From Octopus sinensis (taxonomy: Eukaryota), in the NCBI RefSeq assembly GCF_006345805.1, contig NW_021836853.1, forward strand, positions 1 through 33,105: a stretch of 33,105 nt of DNA. The letters run 5' to 3'. Each line of letters begins with the position of its first letter. Positions within the stretch are counted from its first letter, which is position 1. The translations under genes and the position numbers were made by a program. Below the pieces are notes generated by a model that worked only from the letters and a program-made list of their open reading frames with translations, was not told the DNA's origin and searched no databases. Positions 21,317-33,105 of the stretch are shown here, piece by piece.

Positions 21317-24300
21317 ATGCTCAGAATATGTAGTATAAATGTACGTGGCTTGGGGTCGCCTTGGAAACAAGGCTACCTGTTAAATGACATCAAGTCACTA
21401 AATCTGAATATCATAGCCATCAGTGAGACCAGACTCCACAGCTTGCGGGCACTCCAGCACATTTTCGGTACACATTTCAACATTTATTTTTCTCCGTGTC
21501 TACCGAGAATGGGCGGAGTTGGCACCGCGGTGCTTATCCGGAAGAGTCTGGATCTCAAAGTAAGAGCAAATTTCCTAGACCCGGAGGGTAGGCTGGTCGT
21601 TTTGGATGTCGATGGCAGCAATGAGTGTGCTTTTCGACTGATAGCAGTTTATGCTCCGTCCTTACAGGCCGACCAGATTTCTTTCGACGTCTAGAGTCTT
21701 TCATGGGAACGTCTCGTCCTTTACTTTTAGTGGGGGATTGGAATGCCACCCTGGACACGCATCTAGACTACGTGGGCAGAGATAGCAATAGAAGGGGATG
21801 CAAATGCCTCAAAGACCTGCTCAGACGTTTCCAACTGTCTGACAGGTACCGACTGGACCACCCGAATGTGCCAATGTGGACATGGAGTAACCGCATCGGG
21901 TCGTCCAGATCATACTTAGATAGAGTATTCTGTAGGACAATAGATAAAAATAGTGTAGGTTGTCCACAATTTCATATAGTCAGTTACACAGATCACAAGT
22001 TTGTGACTTGTACACTTGACTTAGATAAGACACATAGGCAGGGTCCTGGTTACTGGAAACTGAACGCGTCTTTTACAGCACGACAGGTTTACAGGACCGG
22101 ATCAGCACATTAGTTAAGAGAGCTTTGACGGGTACCATCATCAACAACAGATGGTGGTATGCCCTAAAAAAAGCGATTAAAGCAGAACCAGTCAGATACA
22201 GTAGAGCCCTAGCATTAGACCGAAATAGAATAGAGGGAGAATTAGTTAAGGTTTTAGAAGAGGCACTTAGAACTGGCATCGCGTCCAACGTACTGGCGGC
22301 GAGATTGGCCCTCGACCAACACCTCAACAGAGCCACCATCAAGTCTCTTATAGATGAACAGGGGCGCGAATTGCTCGAGCCTAAAAGGATGTGTGGGGTT
22401 TTTCAACAACACTTCACCCAACTGTTTGGGACAAGTGGTGAGTCAGAAAGCAGAGTGGACTTTAGTGCCTACCTGCATGCCTTGCCACGACTCTCAGCAA
22501 GGGAGGTGGAGTCTTGTGAAAAGCCTATCACAGCTGCGGATGTACAGGATGCGATGGTAGGCTGCGCGAGAGACAAGTCACCAGGCTTGGATGGTCTGCC
22601 CTACGAACTTTATTTTCATATGCCAGACTTTTTTGGAGGCGTCTTGGCAGCTGTCTACTGCAACTGGCAGCAGAACGGGAGTATTCCTGCTTTTGTAAAG
22701 CGAGGAGCAGTGGCACTGATCAAGAAAGACCCAAACAAGGGGGACGTCATAGATAATTTCAGGCCCATCACCCTGCTCAACGCAGATTTGAAAATTTTGG
22801 CCAAGGTGTTAGCCGAGAGGTTGGCGCTTGTCATCAAGAAACTAATCGACAAGGCGCAAACATGCGCCGTGCCGGGTAGAAATATTCATGACAACCTCCA
22901 TCTGATGCGCTACATCATAGACAGGGTAGTTAAAAATCCTGGCATGGGTGGGGCGCTGATCAATTTGGATCAATCAAAAGCCTTCGATAGGGTAGACCAT
23001 CACTACTTGGAGGCTGTCCTCAAAGCGGCTGGTTTCGGTCCAGTTTTCCGCGGTTGGATCGCTGCCTTATACAGCGGCATCCGCTCAGTAGTTCGCGTAA
23101 ATGGTCATCTATCCAGACCTTTTAACATCATGCGTTCGGTTCGTCAGGATGCCCCCTCTCATCGCTGCTGTATGTACTGACTCTTGAGCCACTACTGCGG
23201 AAACTGGCGACGCTGAGGGGCATCCCACGAGAGCTGGGATGCGGGAGGAGCGTGTCTGCATACGCGGATGACGTCACCGTCATAGTGTCGAGCTACGAGC
23301 ACATCGAGCTGGTCGGCGAGACACTGAAAGAATACGAAGCGGTAACGGGAGCAAAAATTAACCGGGAAAAGTCAGTGGGCTTGCGGCTCGGCACCTGGAG
23401 AAGCAAGCCCATGCCGTCCAACAGCGTCTCCATCGTGGGACGCTGGACGGACGGACCGGTTAATTTGCTCGGGGTCTGGTTCGGTCCGGACCTCCAAATG
23501 GAGAAGAACTGGGGCGAGATAACGACTAGAGTGGCTACTCTCACCCAGAAATGGACTGAGAGAAAGCTATCCCTAAAAGGTCGGGCGGAGGTGGCGAACG
23601 CGTACATCGCATCCGTCATCGAGTATCGTCTGACCGTCGTGCCTTGTCCCGACCCTACCATCACCAAACTGGAACGCATACTCTTCCGCTTCTTGTGGAA
23701 GGGAAACGTTCCGATGGTTAGGCGATCCATTTGCTGCCAACACCCGCTAAATGGAGGGCTGGGCATGCCGTGGTTGATGATGCGCAGACATGCGCTGAGA
23801 CTGCGACATCTCCGGCGCTTCATAGACAACGGTGAACAGGGGTGGTCGCCTTTTGTGCGGCGCGCTTTCCCGCAGCTTGTCTCCTTGGACGAACTACAGT
23901 CATGGATCAAGCAGAGACCGAGGCTAGGCGAATGGCACCGCGAGTGTCGCGTTGCTCTCAAGCAACTCTGCCGTCCGGATCGAACTTGTGCGACTCCATC
24001 ACAACAAAGGCATTCTATAGAGGATTAGTGGAGGAGGTGCGACGACGAACTCGGGCAGAGTCTGGGCGTCGACGAGGAACACACCTGACCCGCCTGTTCA
24101 GGACAACTTTCGGGCCGGGACCTATGAACAATCACCAAAGATCCCTGGCCTGGCAGTGCTATCGAGAAGCATTACCTGTTCGGGATAAGCTCTACAGACA
24201 CGGTTCCAGACACACTGGACCGACTTGCCCGAGATTGTTAGAGCGACGAAACCGTTCTGCACGCACTCGTGCAATGTCCAACCATTTCCGACTTGTGGGC

Positions 24301-24642
24301 TTATGCCGAACGGCTGCTGTCACGTGTGGGACGAATCCGCCTATCGGCCGAGTCTATCGTGAGAATTGCTCCGCCCCCTTCCCTCAACCGGGAAGGCAAG
24401 GCAGTTTTCATCGTACTGGTGGCCATGTGAAAGAATGTGTGTGGTGGACTCGAGCGAAAGGATTAGAGACAAACACTTACCTCTCTGGCCAATCGCTCAT
24501 CAACTTTTTCAAGTACCACTTGAAAAGGAAGGTGAGAATGGAGAGGGAAGTTTTGTCTCGCGAAAGATTCAAAAAAAGATGGGTGAATGTTGCAAAGATG
24601 GTGCGTGCTAGTAACGAAACCATTTTGAGCATGATCCTGTAG
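21317..24642 (+). pseudogene. ORF2 of copy 1: APE endonuclease, reverse transcriptase, C-terminal zinc finger; several frameshifts
   Basis: SINVRGL, ISETR, VGDWNA, YLDRVF, TDHKFV, GPGYWKLN, KSPGLDGLPYE, FRPITLLNADLKILAK, DQSKAFDRVDH, YADDV. Confidence 0.95.
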
Positions 24643-24939
24643 ATCGTAAAAAAGAAAGAAAGAGCATTTTTGACCTCATGTGTTTATTTCCTCCCTGACT
24701 GGGGTTCCCGTGGTCTTTTCTGTAGGCTTTTCTTCCCGGATGAACCCAATCTTGTTATATCAATGTTTACACCATTATTTCTGTGATACACGATTTTCTT
24801 TTTTTCCTTTTTTTTCCTCCTCTCGATCCCTTTTGATCGCAATCTTACATTTTTTACTTTTTTCCACCCTCGAAAAGAAAAGCTCTGCATTTGTATTTGT
24901 CCCCTCTGTATTCAGCCCTGTGTGGCTAATAAAAGAAAG

Positions 24940-24940
<1 letters not shown>

Positions 24941-24986
<46 letters not shown>

Positions 24987-25003
24987 CCTACCTACCTACC
25001 TAC

Positions 25004-25034
<31 letters not shown>

Positions 25035-25063
25035 CCTACCTACCTACCTACCTACCTACCTAC

Positions 25064-25102
<39 letters not shown>

Positions 25103-25159
25103 CCTACCTACCTATCTACCTATCTATCTATCTATCTATATATCTATCTCTCTATCTAC

Positions 25160-25213
<54 letters not shown>

Positions 25214-25222
25214 GTCTGTCTT

Positions 25223-25262
<40 letters not shown>

Positions 25263-25263
25263 C

Positions 25264-25336
<73 letters not shown>

Positions 25337-25340
25337 CATC
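24941..25340. repeat. (TATC)n/(TACC)n microsatellite between the two Tx1 copies
   Basis: Direct reading. Confidence 0.97.
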
Positions 25341-25539
25341 TACGGACGTGCTATCACCTCGGCTCCGAAGGTAATCGTTTATTTTGACTATTTATAGCCC
25401 ATATTTTGTGTACATTTTTGTAAATAAGGTGTGTAAGGCACCCAACTTTCGTTTGAGTGCTTTTCCAAGGGAGGAATTCGCCCCTAGTGGCAGTTTCAAC
25501 CCTATTTAATTTGTGTATTTTTCTTCTCGACATTAAAAA

Positions 25540-27410
25540 ATGTCGAGAAATGTTATTGTAGAACGCTGGTCGCGTTCCTTTATGGACCAGCATTTTCGTA
25601 GTCTGGAAACGCTAGGAGAAAACAAGATCTTATGCACGCAAAGTGCAAACCTGAATGACGTGGTAGTGAACGCTGCAACCACTTGCGGTAACAGCCCTGT
25701 CACCACCACCACCACCACCACTAACAACAACAACAACAACAACGAGACTACTACTGCTACCACCACCACCTCCACCACCACCATCACCACGACCAACATA
25801 AATGATAAAAATGAAACTCACGCGAATACTATTAACAAAAACAACAACAAGACAATAATAAATATGAAATAAATATCTTACTATCTAATAGTGAAGATGT
25901 TAATATAAAAGAATCAACAACACCAGTAAATTTCGCTGACACTCTGCGTCAGAAAAAAGAAATAGTAAAATTTACGAATGAAGAGTTAATAGAAACGAGA
26001 GCACTCTTTACAACACAAGGGCAGGATTTAGTGCTGCATACACCTCAACACATAAAGGAACAAATAGAAAATAAGACAATTATATATAAAATTATAAGAA
26101 AAAACAAAAAGCAAAATGAACAGATTACAAAGACGGACATAGAAAAGTGTTTAAAAAGCATAATTAAAAAAAAAAGAATATATAAACTGGGGTTCCCAGT
26201 TTCATACAGTGGTGGTCCGCTTCCCTAACCAGGAAGTGGCAAAAGCTCACTCTACAGAGTCTTTGGAAAATGATGATATCATCATGGTACCATATTACAA
26301 AGGCCAGAGAGTGAGCAGAATTAACATTAAAAATGTACCCCCCGAGATACCTAACAAATGGATAACAGGGGCAATCTATTACCATTTGAAAACGATAAAT
26401 ATATTAGAAACCGCCGCGTACAAAAACGACAGTTGGGGTGGTAAAACAATAGTAGTGACCATCCAAATTGAGGGGTCCTCTATCGAGAACCTACCTGATA
26501 GGATCCACTTAGAAAATGGGCAAAGCCTATATGTTGTAGCAGAAGGCAAAAAGCCTAGATGCTACAAATGTGGCAGCCCAGAACATTTAATTGCCAAGTG
26601 CACTCTGGCACAGAAAAACAAGAAAGAACAAATCAGAAAACAAATAAAAAACCCTTGTTGCCAACACCAACACCAACACACTCAATGCCAAGAAAAACAA
26701 CAAACAAACCCCAACAACATCACCAAGAAAAGAAGCAGTACCAACACATTCACCGTTGACGTCGCAACCAATTCAACATACTGAACCAAAAGATAGACCA
26801 ACACCAACACCGAGGACGACAATTAAAAAGACAGAAAACAGTGACGAGAAGACAAATTCTACCCCTAACACCACAACAACACAAACACCGCACAAAACAT
26901 CAACAATTTCTGCAAGCATACATAGTAACGCAAATGCTTTGCCTTTACCCCCTTCTGATACGTCGGACGACGAAAGTTCGACGGAACGGCAAATAGCCAC
27001 AGGGGGTAAAAGGAAAAGATCAAAAAAGCCCACCAAACAAGGAAGTAAAGCAGGGAGATATTTAACTCCGGACAGCATCCCCCTAGACAATAAACAAATC
27101 AATGAACCCGCAAAACCATACACACAACTAACTGCAATAGACACAGACAATAAAAAATTAATGGATTACATTGCATCCAACACGGACATCTGTGAAGATG
27201 ACTTTAAGACAAAAATCATCCGCGCACCACACCACCCAAACACATAAGAATTGTACACATAACACAAACACAACACTATACACAGAAAACAATATTTCCA
27301 AATGCGGTAGGCGAGTTTCAACGATACCTCTCCAAAATACTATACAAACACCTCATCAAAGACACCACAAAAGAAGAAGAAAATATGAAACTTTCGAAAT
27401 GAGTAAGTGA
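25540..27410 (+). pseudogene. ORF1 of copy 2, frameshifted
   Basis: Fragments 25540-25872, 26031-26228, 26209-26784, 26756-27247, 27171-27410; RCYKCGSPEHLIAKC knuckle; IATGGKRKR matches copy 1 (IATGG + basic run). Confidence 0.8.
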
Positions 27411-27476
27411 CCTTCCCTCTTGCCTCTTGTCTCTTCCAATGTAGTGTGTGAAACACAATTTTCGTAAACGTCAATT

Positions 27477-30400
27477 ATGCTTAAATTAGGTTGTGTGAAT
27501 GAGCGTGGCTTGGCGTCGGCTTCGAAGCAAGGTTACCTTCTAAACGACATCAAGTCACTGAACGTGGATATAGTAGCTATCAGTGAAACCAGACTCAGCA
27601 AGCCGCGGGCCCTCGAGTCCATGTTTGGCGATCAATTTGACATTTATTTTTCTCCCTGTCTGCCGAACATGGGTGGTGGAGGTACCGCGGTGCTTTTTCG
27701 AAAGAGTCTAAATGTAAAAGTAAGAACAATATTCCTAGACCCGGAGGGTAGGCTGGTTGTCTTGGACGTGGATGGCAGAAATGGGTGTGCATTCCGTCTG
27801 ATGGCAGTTTATGCACCGTCCTTAACGGGTCGGGCGGATTTCTTCAGACGTCTAGAGATTTTCCTGGGTACGTCTAGACCTTTACTGTTAGTAGGGGATT
27901 GAAACGCTACCTTGGACACGCATCTAGATTATGTGGGAATGGATAGGAATAGAAGGGGGTGTAAGTGCCTCAAAGACCTACTCAGACGTTTCCATTTGTC
28001 TGACAGGTTCCGACTCGAGCATCCGAACGTGCCAACGTGGACTTGGACAAACTGCGTCGGATCGTCGAGATCTTATCTAGATAGAATTTTATGCAGGACA
28101 GCGGATAGGAATAGCGTAGGATGTCCACAATTTAAAATAGTCAGCTACACAGATCACAAATTTGTGACGTGTACGCTCGAGTTAGATAAGACACATAGAC
28201 AGGGTCCCGGTTACTGGAAACTGAACACGTTGCTATTAGCGCGACAGGTTTACAGGAACCGGATTAGCGAGTTCATTAAGAGGGCGCTGACGGGAGCCGT
28301 CGTTAACAACCGCTGGTGGTACGCCCTGAAAATGGCAATAAAATCGGAATCAATTAGGTTTAGCAAGGAATTAGCGATAGATCGAAATAGAGTAGAGGGA
28401 GACCTGGTTAAGAAACTAGAAGAGGCACTTACCACTGGCAGCGCAACCAACGTGCTGGCTGCGAGGATGGCCCTCGACCAACACCTCAACGCCAAGCACG
28501 GAGGTTGCGTCGTCAGAGCTAAAATGCGTGCCTTAAGGAAGGAAGGGATCGAAGCTGCGCGAGAGGCCCGGGTAGCGGAGGCGCAGCGTGGCAACAGAGA
28601 CACCATTCGGTCTTTAATAGATCAACAGGGATGCAGTTTACTCGAACCCGAAAGGATGTGTGAGGCCTTTCAACAGCACTTTGCTCGACTGTTTGGTGCG
28701 AGTGGTGGGTCGGAACGTGGGATGGATTTCAGTGCCTACCTGACCGACCTGCCGCGGCTCTCGGCAAGAGAGCGGAGTGTGGTGAAAGTCCCATCACAGC
28801 CGCTGACGTGTGGGATGCGATGGCGGGCTGCACGAGGGATAAGTCGCCTGGATTGGATGGTTTACCCTACGAGCTGTATTGTCAAATGCCAGACTTGTTT
28901 GGCGACCTCTTGGCATCAGTCTACTGCAACTGGCAACAAAACGGGAGAATCCCCGGTTTCGTGAGCCGAGGTGCAGTGACGTTGCTGAGGAAAGACCCAA
29001 ACAAGGGGAATTTTATAGATTATTTCAGGCCCATCACTCTGCTCAACGCAGATTTGAAAATTTTGGCCAAAGTAATAGCCGAGAGGTTGGCGCTTGTCAT
29101 TGATAAACTGGTCGAGAGGGCGCAAACATGCGCCGTGCCGGGCAGAACCATACATGACAACCTCAATCTGATGCGCAACATTGTGGACAGGGTAGTTAAG
29201 GATCCTGGCATGGGTGGGGCGCTGATCAATTTGGATCAGTCTAAAGCCTTCGATAGGGTCGACCATCGGTACTTGGCGGCCGTCCTCAGGGCGGCTGGCT
29301 TCGGTTCCGTCTTCCGCGGTTGGATCGCTGCCTTGTATAGCGGCATCCGATCGGTGATTTGGGTGAACGGTCACCTCTCGAAACCGTTTGACATCACACG
29401 TTCGGTCCGTCAGGGGTGTCCCCTGTCGGCGCTTCGGTATGTATTGACTCTCGAGCCGCTACTACGGAAGCTGGCGACACTGAGGGTCATCCCACGGGAA
29501 CTGGGTTGCGGGACGAGCGTGTCGGCATATGCGGACGATGTCACCGTCATAGTGTCGAGCGACAAACACATCCAGATTATAGGCGAGACACTAAGAAAAT
29601 ACGAAACGGTGACGGGAGCGAAGATTAACCCGGAAAAGTCAGTGGGTTTGCTACTCGGCACCTGGAGAAGCAAGCCCATGCCATCCGACTGCGGCTCAGT
29701 AGTGGGACGCTGGACGGACGGACCGGGTAAATTGCTCGGGGTCTGGTTCAGTCCGGACCTCCAAATGGATAAGAACTGGGACGAGATCATGAGTAGAGTG
29801 GTCGCTCTCAGCCAAACAGCCGAGAGAAAGCTGTCTCTAAAAGGCCGGGCGGAGGTGGCGAACGCGTACATCGCATCCGTCATCGATTACCGCCTGACCG
29901 TCGTACCTTGTCCCGACTCCACCATCACCAAACTGGAACGCATACTCTTCCGCTTCCTGTGGAAGGGTGGCGTTCCGATGGTGAGGAAGTCCATTTGCTG
30001 TCAACATCCGTTGAATGGAGGACTGGGCATGCCGTGGTTGATGATGCGCAGGCATGCGCTGAGACTGTGGCATCTCTGGAACTTCATCGACGACGGTGAA
30101 CAGGTGTGGGCGCCATTTGTGAGGCGCCTCTTCCCGCAACTCGTCTCACTGACCGAACTGCAAACGTGGATCAAAAAGAGACCGAAACTGGGCGATTGGC
30201 ACCGAGAGTGTCGCCAAGCTCTACAGCAGCTCTGCCGACCGGGGTCAAACTTGTGCAACTTACAAACGACTAAAGCGTTCTATAGAGGACTAGTGGAGGG
30301 GAGGTCCGACGACACACTCGGGGCAAACCGGGGCGTCGACGAGAAATTCCTAACCCGCCTGTTTAGGACGACGTTCGGGCCGGGGCCTATGGATAACTTC

Positions 30401-30913
30401 CAGAAATCCCTGGCTTGGCAGTGCTATCGAGACACACTACCCGTTCGAGAGAAGAGCTACAGGCATGGTTCGAAAACCATCACCGGACCGACCTGCCCGA
30501 GATGCGGTCAGAGCGACGAAACCGTTCTGCACGCACTCGTGCAGTGTCCAGATATTTCAGAGCTGTGGTCCTTCGTCGAACAGCTGTTGTCACGTGTAGG
30601 TTAGGCTCGCCTATCGGCCGAATCTATCGTGAATATTGTTCCACCACCTTCCTTTAAACGGGAAGGGAAAACGGTTTTCGTTACGCTGATGGCTATGGCG
30701 AAAGAATGTGTGTGGTGGACGCGTTTGAAAGGACTGCAAACAAACACCTTCCTCTCTGGTCAGTCTCTCGTCAACTTTTTCAAGTACCACTTGAAAAGGA
30801 GGATGAGAATAGAGAGGAAGGCTTTGTCGAACGAAGGTTTTAATAAAAAGTGGGTAAAAGTGGCAAAAATGGTCAGTATGAAAGACGACACTATTTTAAG
30901 CATAAATCTGTAA
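27477..30913 (+). pseudogene. ORF2 of copy 2: APE-RT-zinc finger with two in-frame stops (27900, 30602) and one frameshift (~28775)
   Basis: VRQGCPLS, YADDV, CPRCGQSDETVLHALVQC; ORFs 27477-27902 and 27912-28964 share a frame, as do 28808-30604 and 30629-30913. Confidence 0.96.
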
Positions 30914-31029
30914 CCAAAAGAGACAACGAGAAGTAAGGCGACTTACTCATGTGTTCTTTTTCGAACTGTCTGAGGTGACCTTGGTCTTTTTTGTAAGTTT
31001 TTCTTTCCAAGGCTACACCTAAACTGTGA

Positions 31030-31072
<43 letters not shown>

Positions 31073-31224
31073 CTTTTTTATACACCACACAACCCACATA
31101 TCCCTATTGATCAAACGTTGTTTTTTTTTGTGCCCCACCCATCCCACCTCGAAAAGAAAAAATTCTACATTGTATTTCGTCCATTTTTAATCTGTGTTTA
31201 GCCCTGTGAGGCCACAATAAAAAG

Positions 31225-31721
<497 letters not shown>

Positions 31722-31731
31722 AATATATATA

Positions 31732-31778
<47 letters not shown>

Positions 31779-32071
31779 TTAAATAATAAAGGTAAAGAAT
31801 TGAATATTAATTTAATTAATATCAATTTAAACCAGTGGCCTAGCATATTGAAAAAATTCTGAAGATTCAGAAAAAATAATATTACATACATATTAGAGGG
31901 TGGTGGTCATTCCTCTTATATGTGTGTTTTGTGTGTGTGTGTGTATATATATATAAACGAAATTTAGAGGACTGACCACTAAAAGTGGACACCCTGTATG
32001 CTAGATATAGACGTCAATTGGTTTTAATTGATTAATATTAATTTCTACCCTTATGTAATTTTATATATATA

Positions 32072-32154
32072 CTAGCAGTATCGCCCGGCGTTGCTCGGGT
32101 TTGTAAGGGAAATAATTATATAAGCATTATTAGAGAGTTATAGCCAAAAAATAG
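32072..32154 (-). mobile_element. Helitron 3'-terminal fragment, copy D
   Basis: a|ctagcagtatcgcccggcgttgctcgggtttgtaaggg..., ending where the 258-bp array begins. Confidence 0.85.
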
Positions 32155-32160
32155 GATTCC

Positions 32161-33081
32161 TCTCTGTGTCACGCTGAATATCCCCGAGAACTACGTTAAG
32201 GGTACACGTGTCTGTGGAGTACTCAGCCACTTACACGTTAATTCCACGAGCAGGCTGTTCCGTTGATTCGGATCAACTGGAACCCTCATCGTCGTAACCG
32301 ACGGAGTGCTCCTCCAGGGGGTGGTGGTGATCCCTGCTGTACTCTTTCACCACAACTTTCTCTCACTCTTACTTCCTGTTTCTGTTGTACCTGAATTTCA
32401 AGGGGCCGGCCTTGTCACTCTCTGTGTCACGCTGAATATCCCCGAGAACTACGTTAAGGGTACACGTGTCTGTGGAGTACTCAGCCACTTACACGTTAAT
32501 TCCACGAGCAGGCTGTTCCATTGATTCGGATCAACTGGAACCCTCATCGTCGTAACCGACGGAGTGCTCCGGCAGGGGATGGTGGTGATCCCTGCTGTAC
32601 TCTTTCACCACAACTTTCTCTCACTCTTACTTCCTGTTTCTGTTGTACCTGTATTTCAAAGGGCCGGCCTTGTCACTCTCTGTGTCACGCTGAATATCCC
32701 CGAGAACTACGTTAAGGGTACACGTGTCTGTGGAGTACTCAGCCACTTACACGTTAATTCCACGAGCAGGCTGTTCCATTGATTCGGATCAACTGGAACC
32801 CTCATCGTCGTAACCGACAGTGCTCCTGCAGGGGATGGTGGTGAACCCTGCTGTACTCTTTCACCACAATTGTCATTCACTCTTTCTTCCTGTTTCTGTT
32901 GTACCTGTATTTCAAAGGGCCGGACTTGTCACTCTCTGTGTCACGCTGAATATCCCCGAGAACTACGTTAAGGGTACACGTGTCTGTGGAGTACTCAGCC
33001 ACTTACACGTTAATTCCACGAGCAGGCTGTTCCGTTGATCGGATCAACTGGAACCCTCATCGTCGTAACCGACGGAGTGCT
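32161..33081 (+). repeat. Tandem array of a 256-258-bp unit, ~3.6 copies
   Basis: tctctgtgtcacgctgaatatcc recurs at 32161, 32419, 32677, 32933 with very high identity. Confidence 0.95.
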
Positions 33082-33105
33082 TCCATAAACAGGAGCAAAT
33101 CATCT

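Larger units (their letters stand above)
18896..24940 (+). mobile_element. Near full-length L1/Tx1-clade non-LTR retrotransposon, copy 1 (disrupted)
   Basis: 5' UTR, ORF1 with a CCHC knuckle, ORF2 with APE-RT-zinc finger, 3' UTR ending aataaaagaaagt then (TATC)n. Confidence 0.92.

Noticed and set aside
24680-25387. 235-aa ORF with YLSI repeats
   Set aside because: Read-through of the 3' UTR into (TATC)n.
32306-33038. Three near-identical 72-aa ORFs
   Set aside because: By-products of the 258-bp repeat; non-ATG starts in the track and no recognisable motif.

Overview
Eukaryotic, almost entirely repeat-derived window with no supportable host gene. The SINE families resemble the tRNA/CORE SINEs of Octopus, so a cephalopod origin is inferred but not proven. 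In order: a ~5.9-kb pyrimidine-rich 95-bp satellite (141-6048); two oppositely oriented tandem arrays of tRNA-CORE SINE 5' halves (6283-7092, 7721-9457); a DD37D-spaced Tc1/mariner (maT-like) relic interrupted by a head-to-tail dimer of non-autonomous Helitrons (10027-11660); microsatellites, dispersed SINEs, a possible minimal hammerhead ribozyme (12565-12608), a CR1-clade LINE 3' fragment and a third Helitron copy; two near full-length, disrupted L1/Tx1-clade retrotransposons in tandem (18896-24940, 25342-31225) plus a third 5' fragment (17758-17988, minus); and a 258-bp tandem array at the end. The strongest signal is that all five visible Tx1 termini (three 5', two 3') lie at or within 7 nt of (TATC)n/(GATA)n tracts, suggesting a GATA-microsatellite-specific Tx1 lineage. 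It has a conserved 53-nt 5' block and a hairpin over the ORF1 start codon. Coordinates were read by eye and may be off by a few bases.
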